Shown here in pieces: positions 1 through 12,391 of a stretch of DNA of 64,000 bases. The notes below the pieces were generated by a model. That model worked only from the letters and a program-made list of their open reading frames with translations, was not told the DNA's origin and did not search any database. The position numbers and the translations under genes were made by a program. Where the stretch lies: positions 57,598,001-57,662,000 of the forward strand of contig CM075980.1 in the NCBI GenBank assembly GCA_038087875.1, given 5' to 3'. Within the stretch, counting starts at the first letter, position 1. Each line of letters begins with the position of its first letter. This stretch comes from Malacoraja senta (lineage: Eukaryota).

Positions 1-1042
1 GTATCACTCACCCTCAATCACTCGTTCACACTAGTTCCACATTATCCCACTTTCTCATCCACTCCCTGCACACCAATTTAGAGGCCAATTAATTCAACAA
101 ACTCGCGTCTTTGGTTTGTGGAAATAAAACCGGAGAAAACTCACACGGTCACAGGGAGAACGTGCAAACTCCATATAGGCACCGCACCTGAGATCAGGAT
201 CGAACCCGGGTCTCTGGTGCTGTGAGGTTTTAATATATAATGGTTCTGTGATGCAAATGGGAATACTTTACAATGTTATATAAATGCAAGTGTTGAAACT
301 TAGATGGTTAGTGTTTAGTACATCGGACCTTTGAAAGGAAAACAGGCAAATCAAACCGTGTCAAAACTTTTAAGTAATAAAAAGGAACTGCAGATGCCGG
401 TTTATACCAAAGATATACACAAAATGCTGGAGTAAGTAAACGGGTCAGGCAGCATCTCTGGAGAAAGTAGATAGGTGACGTTAGGTAACTCTAAACAGGC
501 AACATCATTACAGGATGACAGAGGACACAGCTGCTGCCTCCCAGAGACCTCGTTTCAAACCCCACCTCAAGTGCTGACTGTGTGCAGTCTGCATGTTCTC
601 CTTGCAGTGCTCTGGTTTCTTCCCACACTCCATAGTTGGACTGGTTGACAGGCCACCATAAACTTACTTCTAGCGTGTAACTGGTGAGGGAGTTGTTGAT
701 TAAAATGCAGGGATAATGGGATTAATGTAGGATTAGTAGTTGATGGTCAACAAGGACTGAGAGGCCCGAAGTTCCTGTGCATTTGTAATGAAATGTGCCT
801 CTAAATTTTGGGGTGCCACTGTTGTCAACATCCTGAATTTCATAAAGCACAAAACACAATTTACTGCCCTGGATAAGTGCCTGACAGGAGCTCCAACACT
901 AATCCACAGTACATCACTTCTAGAAACTAATCTTCATCTTAGCTGATACGCACAAAGTACATATGAGCCCAAAGTATTACATAACCCAATGGTATGGACA
1001 TTGAATTTAAGGCAACCAGTCCACCCCCTTTCTTCCCTGCTT

Positions 1043-1142
1043 TAACCACATGTGATTTTTTTCTTTTACAAATCTCAAATTGTGGAGTAGACGCAAATAA
1101 ATAAATGATAGGTCTTTGTCCCAAACATGATGGAGGGCACTG
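1043..1142. mobile_element. Solo right TIR of the same Tc1 family
   Basis: ...gtctttgtcccaaacatgatggagggcactg|ta. Confidence 0.8.
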
Positions 1143-1162
1143 TACATTAGGTAATATATCTG

Positions 1163-1430
1163 CACAGTGGCACAGTTGATAGAGCTGCTGCATCACACCA
1201 CCGAGGTCCCAGGTTCGATCCCAATCACGGGTCGTGTCTCTATGGAGTTTTCACAATCTCTCTGTGTCGATGTGTGTTTCTTCCAGGTACTCTGGTTTCC
1301 TCCCACGTCCCAAAGTATGAGTTACTGTAAATTGCCTCTAGTGTGTAGGTGTGATAGTGTGTCCGGGTGATCACTGGTCAGTGTGGACTCGGTGGGCCGA
1401 AGGGTCTGTTTCCGTGCTGTATCTCTAAAC
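1163..1430 (+). mobile_element. HE1-like SINE
   Basis: A/B boxes and CR1-type tail; followed by a CR1 3' end to ~1625. Confidence 0.85.
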
Positions 1431-1679
1431 AGAAAAACACTAATAGTGCATTCAGAAGTGCATACATCTTTCAAGAGAGAGCTAGATAGGGCTCTTAAAA
1501 ATAGCGGAGTCAGGGGATATGGGGAGAAGGCAGGTACTGATTGAGGATGATCAGCCATGATCACATTGAATGCCGGTGCTGGCTCAAATGGCCGAATGGC
1601 CTACTCCTGCACCTATTGTCTATCTTGAAATAGTATAATTCAGAACTCCCCTGAAGTATCAGCATACCAGAGTATTAGA

Positions 1680-2035
1680 GTTTAGAGATAAGGCATAGTA
1701 AAAGGCCCTTCAGCTCACCGATTCCGCGCGGACCAGCGATCATCATATTAATTCTATGTTATCCCACTCAGCCCACAGAGTCCGCACCGTTCACACGAGT
1801 TCTATGTTATACCTCTTTCTCATCTCACCCTACACACCAGGGGCAATTTGCAGACGCCAATTAACCTAAAACCCAAAACGATGTGGGGGGAAACTGGAGC
1901 ACCCAGAGGAAGCAAACATGGTCCAGAGGGAGAATGTGCAAGCTCCACAAAGACACCACCCGAAGTCAGGGTGGAACCCGGGACTTTGGTGGTGTGAGGC
2001 AGCCTCTCTAGCAGTTACACCACTGAGCTGCCGTA
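1680..2035 (-). mobile_element. HE1-like SINE
   Basis: Reverse complement of the same family; another partial copy at 1-226 (-) and a degraded one at ~520-780 (+). Confidence 0.8.
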
Positions 2036-2199
2036 ACCTTTCACCTTCAATACTCTGCTGCATTTTCAAGAGGAAAGTGGTGGGGAAAATAAAGTTGGAA
2101 GAGGTGCAGGTGATAAGTGTTTTGAAAATTCCACGTTGGATTTGCAGGGTTTGGGCAGCTGAAGACAACAGACTGTGACCTTGGGGAATACACATAATA

Positions 2200-2585
2200 T
2201 AAGGAGGTTGAACAAACTTGGATTGTTTTTTCTGGAAGTTGAGGCGAGACCTGTTAGAAGTATATAAAATGATGCGAGGCATGGATTGGGAGACAGTCAG
2301 AACTATTTTCCCCAAGGATGAAAAATCAAAAACTACAGACCATTGCTTAAAGGTGAGAGGGGAAAACTTTGAAGATGGTGTGTAGGACAAGGTTTGTTTT
2401 TACACAGAGAGTAGTGCGTGCCTGGAATGCGCTGCCAGGAGTGGTGGTGGAGGCAGATACAGTAGAGGTTTTCAGATAGATATATCGATGTGCAGGGAAT
2501 TAAAAAATATGTGCAGGCAGAGATTAGTTAAATTGGCATCATGTTTGGCCTGGACATTGTGGGCTGAAGGGCCTGTTCTTGTGTT
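2200..2585 (+). mobile_element. CR1 3' fragment
   Basis: LRRDLLEVYKMM and TQRV..AWNALP remnants; similar fragments at ~5100-5510, 6440-7405, 10740-10900, 45810-46262. Confidence 0.8.
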
Positions 2586-2699
2586 TTAAATGGCAACCTC
2601 CAGTCCCTCAGGCAAAACAGGTTTACTGAAACATTTCCCCCACTCCAAAGAACAACCCAAAATCAACATGGAAACAGGAAGCAAAAGGGTTAAGGTTTA

Positions 2700-4610
2700 A
2701 TCTACATAGCTGTGAGATTTATTCAATGTTATCCATGTGATTCAGCTCACATTTCAGATACGAGGGCAGCAGCTACAAGGTAATAATTCAAGTGGGTTCA
2801 GTAACACTGCAAACCTTGAGCATGCATCGTAACAAGCTCAAATTAAAATTTATTGTTGAAATCTTCCAACTAGTTATGCTGCAGAATAGAAAAACAAACA
2901 TTTTTATTGCTTGCAAAGAGATCCTTGGCATTAAGGGTGGGGGGAGGAAAAAAATCATATTGGTTCTCAACGAGATGAATTTCCAAACTCTTGGCTTCAA
3001 AGGATGAAAAATAAATCAGATGGAATGGTCAATATTGCTGCCAGGCTCTGCATCAGTTTTGTAGCAGTAACAGTGATCTATGTCAGTGAAGCAAGTTGGT
3101 TGGATCTTCACTTTACAGAGCTTCATCACAGGTCAGCAAGAGAGGGAAGAGTCAATATGGAAACAAGTGACATGGTCAAATTCACCCAGAGCATAGCCTA
3201 GACGCCTGGCACGGTGTCACACTCTGCAAGGTGCCACTCCAGCGGAGAGAAGTTGGCAAGGTTTCACACAATGGCAAGCCAGTGGAATTAAATAGTTTTT
3301 ATACCAGTAACGAAGATACAGTGGTTCTATTGCTGCACAAAGCACAATTAGTTGAAAACATTACAGCAGTTACACAACCTCTCAGCTGCAACGTCAGGGA
3401 GGGCGTGGGAGGTCGTGGAGAAAAAGATTAACGTCATAAATAGCTGCTACTCACCAACCCCAAGCAAAAAAACAAAAACAAAATATGGATTTTTTACTCT
3501 TCTTACTATTGTGGATCAGAATGCTGAGCGCACTCGAGGTAGTGTGACAAATATGAAATGTATAAAAACATTTATATATCCTGGCAACCCACATACACAA
3601 CCAGGACCCCATTTTACCAATAGTAAGTACATCACTAAACCGTTACACAAAGTGGGTCTGGGAAAAAATCTCAAAACTTTTTTTTAATTTAAAAAAAAAG
3701 ATATAAACTACTTTAAAAATTGTTGATGCTGATCAGATAAGGTTGTAACAAATTGCTGTGCATGGTAGGGTGCGGAGGAAGTGGCAACGAGCCAGGTATT
3801 TCATGAAGCTCATGAACATTCATGAACCTCACTGCCTGTTTAAGTAATCAGCTGTTCTGCTCAAAATTCAGAGCATAGTAACAGCATACCTGTTGTCACT
3901 TTCCCTTTGCACCTGGGTGGGGGGGGGGGGGAAATAGGGGCAGATATTTTGTGTGCTCTACAGAAGGTATCAGGAAGTTCACCACACGTCACGAAGATTG
4001 TTCACCTCCTCCATCCACATGTAAATTAATATTGACGTAATCCCCCCCCTCAAATCAAACGGCAATGCAATTGTTCCCAGCCAAAGCAGGCAACTAACGA
4101 TAAAGCAAGATACCAGGAAACCAAATAATTCCCAAACAACTCCTCTTTAAGCAGTTTTCAATTCCAAGCTGTTGCTTATGCAGCGTGCCGTGGTGCCAGT
4201 GTGCACGATATAATTAGTTTGCGCCACACACGTCCCAAATATTCTTGTTCTAGTGAAAACCTACATTAAAAGTCTGCGGGATATTGAGGCTTCGGCAATC
4301 CTTCCCATCTCTCTGAATGTGTTTGTAAAAGGCAAGACTTCTTAAAAGATTCAACAATTTCCTTTTTCAATGTTAACACATTCTCCTTTAAAAAAAAAAA
4401 GAAAAACATCTTTTTTTTCCCCACTAAAAAAAAGTCTAACACTATCATAGCTCATGAATGGAACGATCCATGAGTGTTGCTGACTACTCCAACAAACATA
4501 AGAAAAACCAAAGGATGACAGATGATAAAAGAAACAAGGAACCAAAGCCAATATTTCTTCATCTTTCCCAGCCAAGGCCTTATTCAATGTGACACCATGT
4601 CCACGGTACT
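2700..4610 (-). other. ARIH2: Probable ARIH2 3' UTR (~1.9 kb, no recognisable repeats)
   Basis: Follows the stop codon; ends in a cluster of minus-strand AATAAA just before TE-dense DNA resumes; 3' end inferred. Confidence 0.65.
2718..2908 (-). terminator. Candidate polyadenylation signals (AATAAA x3)
   Basis: tttatt on plus at 2718-2723, 2849-2854 and 2903-2908. Confidence 0.55.
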
Positions 4611-4688
4611 TTAGTCTGACGTGTCATGAAAATCTTTAAGCAGTGTCCTACGTCTCTGCTCTGCTATATGCATTTGGTTCTCTAGATC
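4611..4688 (-). CDS. ARIH2: ARIH2 last coding exon ([25 protein letters not shown])
   Basis: tttcag| acceptor; TAA at 4613-4611; total CDS 1467 nt. Confidence 0.97.
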
Positions 4689-5630
4689 CTGAAATGCAAA
4701 GGAAAGAAAGGTTAATATATGCTCCAACTCCTCCAGTAAATAAATAACATCAAAATAAAGTTTAAACTAAATTTATTTTACTGGAAGGATGTTGCTAAGA
4801 CTTGAAGACCTGAGCTGTGATGAGACAAGATGACATCCAAGCCAAGAGACTCTCTGCATGCTCGTCCCAGAAGTGGATCTGCAATTACATATTGTAATCG
4901 CTCCATCCTGTTAAACCTCTACTGCAACAGCAGCTTTACTGGACTTTATCTTGCACAAACATTATCTCCTTTACTCTGTATCTGTACACTGTGGATGGCA
5001 GGATTGTAATCATGTATAGTCTTCCCGCTGACTGATTAGCACACAAAAGCTTTTCACTGTACCTTGGTACACGTGAGAATAAACTATAACTAAATTATAA
5101 GGAGATGCTGGGCATGCAAGGGCTTTATTCCTTGGAGTGCAGGAGGCTGAGGAGTGATCTTATAAAGGCATATAAAATCATCAGAGGGTGAATAAGGTGA
5201 ATGCACAGTCTTTTACCCCAGGGTAGCGGAATCTAGAACCAGAGGCCAAATGTTTAAGGTGAGAAGGGAGAGATTTTAAAGAAACCCGAGGGGCAACTTT
5301 TTCCACACAGAGGGTGGTGGGTTTATGAAATGAGCTGCCAGAGGAGAGTTGAGGCAGGTGCTATTACAATATTTTTGAAAAGACAATTGGACAAGCACAT
5401 GGATAGGAAATGTTTAGAGCAAAATGGGCCAAAAGGTGGCAGGTGGAACAAATGCAGATGGGGCAAGTTGCACAGAATGGGCAAGTTGGACAAAGGGCAC
5501 GTTTCTGTGCATTCCTTTTCTCCAGAAATGCTGTCTGACCTGCTGAGTTGCTCCAGCATTTTGTGCCTAACTTTGGAATAAACCAGCATCAGCAGTTCCT
5601 TCCTACACAAAAACCTGCTGATTTGGGATT

Positions 5631-6050
5631 ATAACCATATAACCATTACAGCACGGAAACAGGCCATCTCGGCCCTTCAAGTCCGTGCCGAACATTTAAA
5701 AATTTTTATAAAAAAAAATACTTCCCCCTAGTCCCATCTACCTGCACTCAGACCATAACCCTCCATTCCTTTCCCATCCATATACCCATCCAATCTATTT
5801 TTAAAGGATAAAATCAAACCAGCCTCCACCACTTCCACTGGAAGCTCATTCCACACAGCTACCACTCTCTGAGTAAAGAAGTTCCCCCTCATGTTACCCC
5901 TAAACTTCTGTCCCTTAATTCTCAAGTCATGTCCCCTTGTTTGAATCTTCCCTACTCTCAATGGGAAAAGCTTATCCACGTCAACTCTGTCTAACCCGCT
6001 CATAATTTTAAAGACCTCTATCAAGTCCCCTCTTAACTTTCTGCCCTCCA
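5631..6050 (-). mobile_element. CR1 3' end, little decayed
   Basis: ORF RKLRGDLIEVFKIM...TRGH...FFTQRVVAVWNELP; (ATATGGTT)n tail. Confidence 0.9.
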
Positions 6051-6204
6051 ATTATAAAACTGTTCCCCCCTCCGTGACAAAAAACATAACTTTCTCCGCC
6101 ATGTCCACAGCATTTTGGGATGTGTAAGACCCGACAGCCTTGCCAGTAACATTTGAGAAAGCAGTGGCCATTATTAGCTGCACTATGATCAACACACTTC
6201 TTAC

Positions 6205-6288
6205 CCCTCGGTCATAACTGTCTGCTCGCTCCACCTTCCACGACAAATTCTCAATCTCCGCTTCCAGCTGCGCTTGTTGGTACTCAAA
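6205..6288 (-). CDS. ARIH2: ARIH2 coding exon 13 ([28 protein letters not shown])
   Basis: 84 nt, ttccag| and |gtaaga. Confidence 0.98.
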
Positions 6289-6785
6289 CTGGAAAGATAA
6301 GTATATCATGTCAGTAAAAATTGTGCGGCTAGTGTTATGCTGACCTGCGTAGAATCACTAATTTACTACATAGGAGGTTATCTGGCCCTTAAAAGCAGCA
6401 GTCATGCTTAGTCTCAAAGTCCTGTCTGATGCGCCATTATCATTAGGCTTAAAGTGATGTGGGAAAGATTTAATAGGAACCCGAGCAGTAACATTTTCAG
6501 AGGATGGTGGGTGTATGGAACGAGCTGCCAGAAGAGGTAGTTGAGGCAGGAAGTCTCTTGCCCAGTGCAGGGGAATCAAGAACCTGAGAACATAGATTTA
6601 AGGTGGAAACAGACCTTTTGGCCCAACTTATCCACACTGACCAACAGTGTTCCATCTACACTAGTCCCCTCTTTAATAGGATTAATAGGAACCTGAGGGA
6701 TAACTTTTTTTACACAAAGTCTGGTGGGTGTATGGAACGAGCTGCCGGAGGAGGCAGTTGAGGCTGGTACAATCACAAAGTTTAA

Positions 6786-7268
6786 TGCCCCTGTCCCACT
6801 TAGGAAACCTGAATGGAAACCTCTGGAGACTTTGCGCCCCACCCAAGGTTTCCGTGCGGTTCCCGGAGGTTTTTGTCAGTCTCCCTAATGATCGAAAGTG
6901 ATTTCCGCTTCTTCTATGTTCCGGCGATTATTTCAAAAAATTCAAAACTGGCCGCGACTAAAAATAGGTTGCCGTTTTTAAAATCGGTAATTTTTTAGTC
7001 GAAGTCAGTTGCGATGCTAGTTGAAGGTGGTTGCCGGAGGTTGCAGATAGTGGAAGGACTAAAAAATTACCTATTTTTAAAACGGCAACCTATTTTTAGT
7101 CGCGGCCAGTTTTGAATTTTTTGAAATAATCGCCGGAACATAGAAGCGGAAATCACTTTTGACCATTAGGGAGACTGACAAAAACCTCCGGGAACCGCAC
7201 GGAAACCTTGGGTGAGGCGCAAAGTCTCCAGAGGTTTCCGTTCAGGTTTCCTAAGTGGGACAGGGGCA
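6786..7268. mobile_element. PIF/Harbinger-type palindromic MITE
   Basis: Arms 6786-7000 and 7057-7268 are near-perfect reverse complements; TAA TSD; interrupts a CR1 tail. Confidence 0.9.
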
Positions 7269-7868
7269 TAAGAAACATTTCAATAGGTACATGAGTAGGG
7301 CAGGTTTAGAGGGCCATATGCAGACAGACAGGTGGGATTAGTGCAGATGGGACATGTTGGTCGGTGTGGGTCAGTTGTGCTGAAGGGCCTGTTTCCACGC
7401 TATATGACTATATATATAATCAGCATGTTGTACCTGCAGACTCCAGGGGCAGGAGGGGAGAGGGAACATGTGGGGGGGGGGGGGGGGAATAAAACCTTAC
7501 ATCTGCCTCAGCATCTTTTGCCAGTGATTTTGGATTCCTATCTTCTCGGCTTTGGCACACGCATCAAAAGGAATATTTAATGTGTTCATAAATCATTGGA
7601 GTCGAAGTGGGCCATTCAGCCCATCGTGTCTATCATTCCTTCTCAACCCCATTCTCCTCCCTTCTCCCCATATCCTTTGACACCCTTACCAATCAAGTAT
7701 ATGTGAAAATCTGTCTATTTCTCTTTCTAGTATGCATAAACCTTCCCCCTTGAAAACCTTGATTTTGTCACCTAGAGATTTTTCCTATTCCAAGAAGAAC
7801 TTTTCCAAACTCTCTCATCAACTGAGTTCCTCATTCTTGGCAGCATCCAAGTAACTGCCCTGACTACA

Positions 7869-8184
7869 GGGCGGTCACGGTGGCGCAGCGGTAGAGTTGC
7901 TGCCTCACAGCGAATGCAGCGCTGGAGACCCGGGTTCGATCCCGATTACGGGTGCTGTCTGAACGGAGTTTGTACGTTTTTCCTGTGACCCGCGTGGGTT
8001 TTCTCCAAGATCTTCTGTTTCCTCCCACATTCCAAAGGCGTACAGGTTTGTAGGTTAATTGGTTTGGTAAATGTAAAATATTGTCCCTCGTGGGTGTAGG
8101 ATAGTGTTAAAGTGTGTGGATCGCTGGTCGGCGCAGACCTGGTGGGCCGAAGGGCCTGTTTCCACGTTGTATCTCTAAACTAAA
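7869..8184 (+). mobile_element. HE1-like tRNA-derived V-SINE, full length
   Basis: A box TGGCGCAGCGG 7881-7891, B box GGTTCGATCC 7933-7942, central conserved domain, CR1-type tail gggccgaagggcctgtttcc, (CTAAA)n end. Confidence 0.9.
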
Positions 8185-8574
8185 CCTTTTTTGTATCTTT
8201 ATTAATGCCATTTAAACCTTGAGATACCCACACTTCCTCTCCATTAACACCAACGCCACTGAGGATTAACTGAGGATATAGTGCAAGTAAGTCTGCTGAA
8301 TGCAAGACACTAATGACAGGCACAGGGGCCTACAAGAGAGGAGATAAAATCAAGAGCAAGTATTTCAATCTTCTGTATTTTACCTGCTGGTCAATGTAAA
8401 GGTATTTTTATGTTGCAACGCCAGAGATGGAATCTGCATGCATTAGAATAATCCCTCACTTCATAAAGAATGTACCAGGAATCACATCAAAAACTGAAAC
8501 AACTTATATTCTCCATTAAATTACCACATTACATTTTGCTAATTGGATGGAAAACTGCACCTATTATAATGTAT

Positions 8575-10134
8575 AGATACAAACCTTTGTTTTGAAGTAA
8601 TTTAACGGGTCAGGCATCATCTCTGGAAAAAAGGAATAGGTGATGTTTCGGGTCTGAAAAAGCGTCTCGACCCAAAACGTCACCTATTCCTTTTGTCCAG
8701 AGATGCTGCCTGACCTGCTGAGTTACTCCAGCATTTTAGGCCGTGGGCCGAGCATCGAAAATGTGTCTAGAATTTAACTTTCGTGACCCATGTCTGGAAC
8801 TACTTGAAATTTGGCACAGATTTAGATAAAATATAATTGAGAAGTCAAAACTCGTCAGTGCCAAAAGTTGCACATTAATTAATTAAGCTAATTCGAAAAT
8901 GAGATCGAAAAAGTAAGCGCCATCTAGTGTTCAATGCTCATATTACTCTATGGGGAGCCTAATTCCCTGCTGCTGTCTATTTAAACCATATATTATGAAA
9001 CCATATTATATAACTTGTGAACATGACTGGAGTATATATATAATTATATTATATAAAAATAATATAATGAATATAATTGTGAGTGTGTATTTTGAATGAG
9101 TCTGCCGCAGATGTCTGGCTCCTGAACCCGCCTAATTAATGGGCGAGGGCAGTTCCTGTGGGTTCCCGTTTACTGAACCCCACTGACTGCCAGTGGGCAG
9201 AGTGGGGGTCACGGCCATAGTGGGACTGGGGCAGTGCTAGGCTGGGGGAAGGCTAAGGCATCTTCCACTGAGAGGAAAATGCCAAACCCTAATTCGCCCC
9301 CCTTCCAGAGCTGCCCACGGCTGGAGCTGGAACCGCTTTGGGACCGGCTGCGGGCTCCATACGTGTGGCCGCTCAGCGCGTCCACCTTGGCCATCATGCT
9401 TTTCTGGATCATCATGGTGATGTTGGTGGGGAGCACGCCGCCCGAGCCACCTTCAGCACCCCCACAGCGCCGTCTCCGTCAGTCCGCCCGCTCGTTCGCT
9501 GCAAAACCGGCAGTCCGACAGCCCGAACGACCCCTTGCAGCACTCACCGGCAGCCCGACCGACCCCTCACAGCACTCACCAGCGGCCTGACAGTCCGACC
9601 GACCGACTTCTGACTGACTGGCCGACTTCTGACTGACCGACTGACTGACCCTAATCCTAGCTCTACATTTTTATTTATCATTTTTATTTAACAGTTCACA
9701 TCATAACTTTACAAAGATAAATCAATTGTAAAACAAAATTATCAGCAAGGTTAGCATTACCTTTATTCCTTCAAAACCTTGCTATTGTTTTGATGTAATT
9801 AGGAGGCAGCCATGATCCCATAGTGCTCGCTGCCTAGCTACCATGAAACAAAGCGCGTGATTTGTCAATTGGCGTCCGACGCAATGTCAAACATGCATTG
9901 ATTGGACAATTACTACTCGGAAAATTGGAGGTTTCTCTCATATTTTAAAAATATGTGCAGGTTTTGTTCTTGACGAGTTTCAGTTATCATTTCTATAATA
10001 TTTTTATACAATATGTAAAAAATTCAGGTAGTTACGTGATTTAGGTCACGAACTTAAACGAAAAAGCACCTCGGCCCACAGCCTATTTATGTCTATCTTC
10101 AGTGTAAACCAGAATCCGCAGTTCCTTCCTACCC
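8575..10134. mobile_element. Palindromic pLTR-derived element split by the 8737-10085 transposon
   Basis: TSD attataatgtat 8563-8574/10135-10146. Confidence 0.8.
8737..10085. mobile_element. Non-autonomous TIR DNA transposon with TAG...CTA ends (Academ-like; superfamily uncertain)
   Basis: TIR TAGGCYGTGGGCCGAG plus subterminal inverted blocks (TTCGTGACC; AACTACYTGAA); 2-3 bp T-run TSD; splits a palindromic HHR element. Confidence 0.75.
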
Positions 10135-10163
10135 ATTATAATGTATCTGAGCAAAGTTCTTAC

Positions 10164-10232
10164 CAGTTTCTTCCTGGGCCCAGACTCCATATAGTAGGCA
10201 TATGGGTATGTATACTGCAAGGTGTACCGACA
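10164..10232 (-). CDS. ARIH2: ARIH2 coding exon 12 ([23 protein letters not shown])
   Basis: 69 nt, ctaaag| (AAG acceptor) and |gtaaga. Confidence 0.97.
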
Positions 10233-11499
10233 CTTTAGAAAGACAAAATTATGATTAGAAGCTTATTGCAATTATGCCAAAAACAAGTCATTCAGCTAGA
10301 ACCTGCAATAATGGTACAGCTGCTGCCTCACAGCGCCATAGTCCCCAGTTAAATATGACCTCGGGTGCTGTCAGTGTGGAGTTTGCATGATCTCCCTGTT
10401 ACCGTCTGGGCTTCCTCCAGGTACTATGGTTTCCTCCCACATCCCTAAAAACGTGCGGGTTTGTAGGTTAATTAGCCTTGGTAAAATTGCTCCTATTGTG
10501 CAGGGAGTGGATTTGTAGAAAGTGGGATAACAGAACTAGTGTGAACGAGTGGGCAGTTCACTTTCTTTCCCATCAGATTGGCCAGTGTACTTTCCTGTCA
10601 TTTAACTCAATTCAATCTGGATTACAAAAGGTAACATCTGTAATGTTAATAACCAATTTTCTGCTGCCAATTTCAATTCATTAATATCCCTATCATCTGA
10701 TGGGGAAAGAAAAACCCTCCACACCACTCTGGTAAGCAAGTACTACCGCAACATTTAAGAAACAATTAGACAGGTACATGGATAGGATAGGTTTAGAGGG
10801 ATAAGGGCCAAACACAGGCATGTCGGACTAGTGTACATGGGTCGGTGGGCGAGATGGGGCGAAAGGCCTGATTCCACGCTGTGTGACTCTATGACTCTAA
10901 TGTGGTGGGCCATTAACTGAGTGGCATCAAACTGCTCTCATCATATATATGAAAAAAGACTATCACCAGGCAGATTCTGATTTGTTAGGGAGGAAAATTG
11001 GGTGTGCCCATGTCATCTTAAGACATGTCAAAATTGGACGGGCTGGCCTACAGTCTTATCAAGAAATAATCAAACAAGTTAAAACTTTTGCAAAGAGCTT
11101 GTCCATCGCAGGGCAAGAGGCTCAGTGGTAGCAAACGTGCGTGCATGCAGTCAGGAGGAAGCAGCCCAGGGAAGTAACACTAACTGGAAACCACCTGAAG
11201 TCTGACTGTAGCAGGTGAAGTATGGGTGAGCAAACCTCATGATAAGGTGATTTTGGAAATCACCTTATCATGAATCTGAGGTAGACAAAAATGCTGGAGA
11301 AACTCAGCGGATGAGGCAGCATCTATGGAGCGATGGAGCTGAAGAATACCAGCATGTTCCCTCACATAATTAAGCATGGGCAACAAATGCTGCCTCACCA
11401 GTAATGCCCAACATCCCATGAATAAAAAAGGCATCTGATATTTTCACGTGCATTATACCCATGTGCTCAATTCTGCCAGTGCTTGGACAAGCAGCCTAC

Positions 11500-11643
11500 C
11501 TTGGCAAGCAGCTTGGCAGCATTCTGTAAATATTGCCAATCAATCCATGTTCCCAAATTATTCATAACTCGCTCCTGAATTTTTTCTTGAATCCGCTGGT
11601 ATGTCTGTGCTTCCAGTTGCAGGCTTTTGTTGTGGTTTTCCCA
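11500..11643 (-). CDS. ARIH2: ARIH2 coding exon 11 (Ariadne domain WENHNKSL...AAKLLAK)
   Basis: 144 nt, ctgcag| and |gtaggc. Confidence 0.98.
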
Positions 11644-11690
11644 CTGCAGAAATAGGAAAAAGCCATTTAACAAGACTTTGGGCAAAACTG

Positions 11691-12010
11691 AGGGCGGCAT
11701 AGTGGCGCAGCGGCAGAGTTGCTGCCCCACAGCGTCGGAGATCCAGATTCTATCCTAACTATGGGTGCTGTCTGTACAGAGTTTGTACGTTCTCCCTGTG
11801 ACCGCATGGGTTTTCTCCGAGTGCTCCGGCTTTCTCCCACATTCCGATGACGTGCAGGGTTATAGGTTAATTGGCTTCTGTAAGTTGCCCCTAGTATGTA
11901 GGATGTGAAACTGGTTCTTAACATAGAACTAGTGTATGGGTGATTATTGGTCACCGTGGATTCAAAGGGCCTGTTTCCACATCGTATCTCTAAAACTAAA
12001 CCAAACTAAA
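11691..12010 (+). mobile_element. HE1-like SINE
   Basis: Same head, body and tail as 7869-8184. Confidence 0.88.
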
Positions 12011-12172
12011 CCTGGTGCAGGAGGTATTTTGAAGCAGGTCAGGCAGCGTCTGCGGTAACAAACGTAAACTCTTTCTTTCACCGTCCAAAATCCCACTTGA
12101 TAGGGCAGAATGCTTTTTGGAGAGAATTCCACTGCAATAGTCAAGATGATGATAGAATGTCCTTAATTACCA

Positions 12173-12391
12173 AAGATAGACACAAATGCTGGAGTAACTC
12201 AAGAGGTCATGCAGCATTTCTCTGGAGAAAATGGATGGGTGATGTTTCAGGTCTGGACCCTTCTTCAGACACTCGCGACCCGAAACTTCACCCATCCTTT
12301 TTCTCCAGAGATGCTGCCTTTTCTGCTGAGTTAGTCCAGCACTTTGTGTCTATCTTTGGTTTAAACCAGCACCTGCAGTTCCTTGCTTATA
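12173..12391. mobile_element. Palindromic pLTR-derived element with hammerhead motif
   Basis: 13-bp TSD tccttaattacca 12160-12172/12392-12404; two inverted arms. Confidence 0.85.

Noticed and set aside
1866-2390. 174-aa minus-strand ORF
   Set aside because: Spans SINE and antisense CR1 sequence; no recognisable domain.
7869-7945. tRNA gene
   Set aside because: A and B boxes continue into a SINE body and CR1-type tail; it is a SINE head. The same holds for the other copies.
9234-9590. 118-aa plus-strand ORF with a transmembrane-like segment
   Set aside because: Lies inside a transposon; codon bias favours the opposite strand, and the hydrophobic run looks like an antisense artefact.
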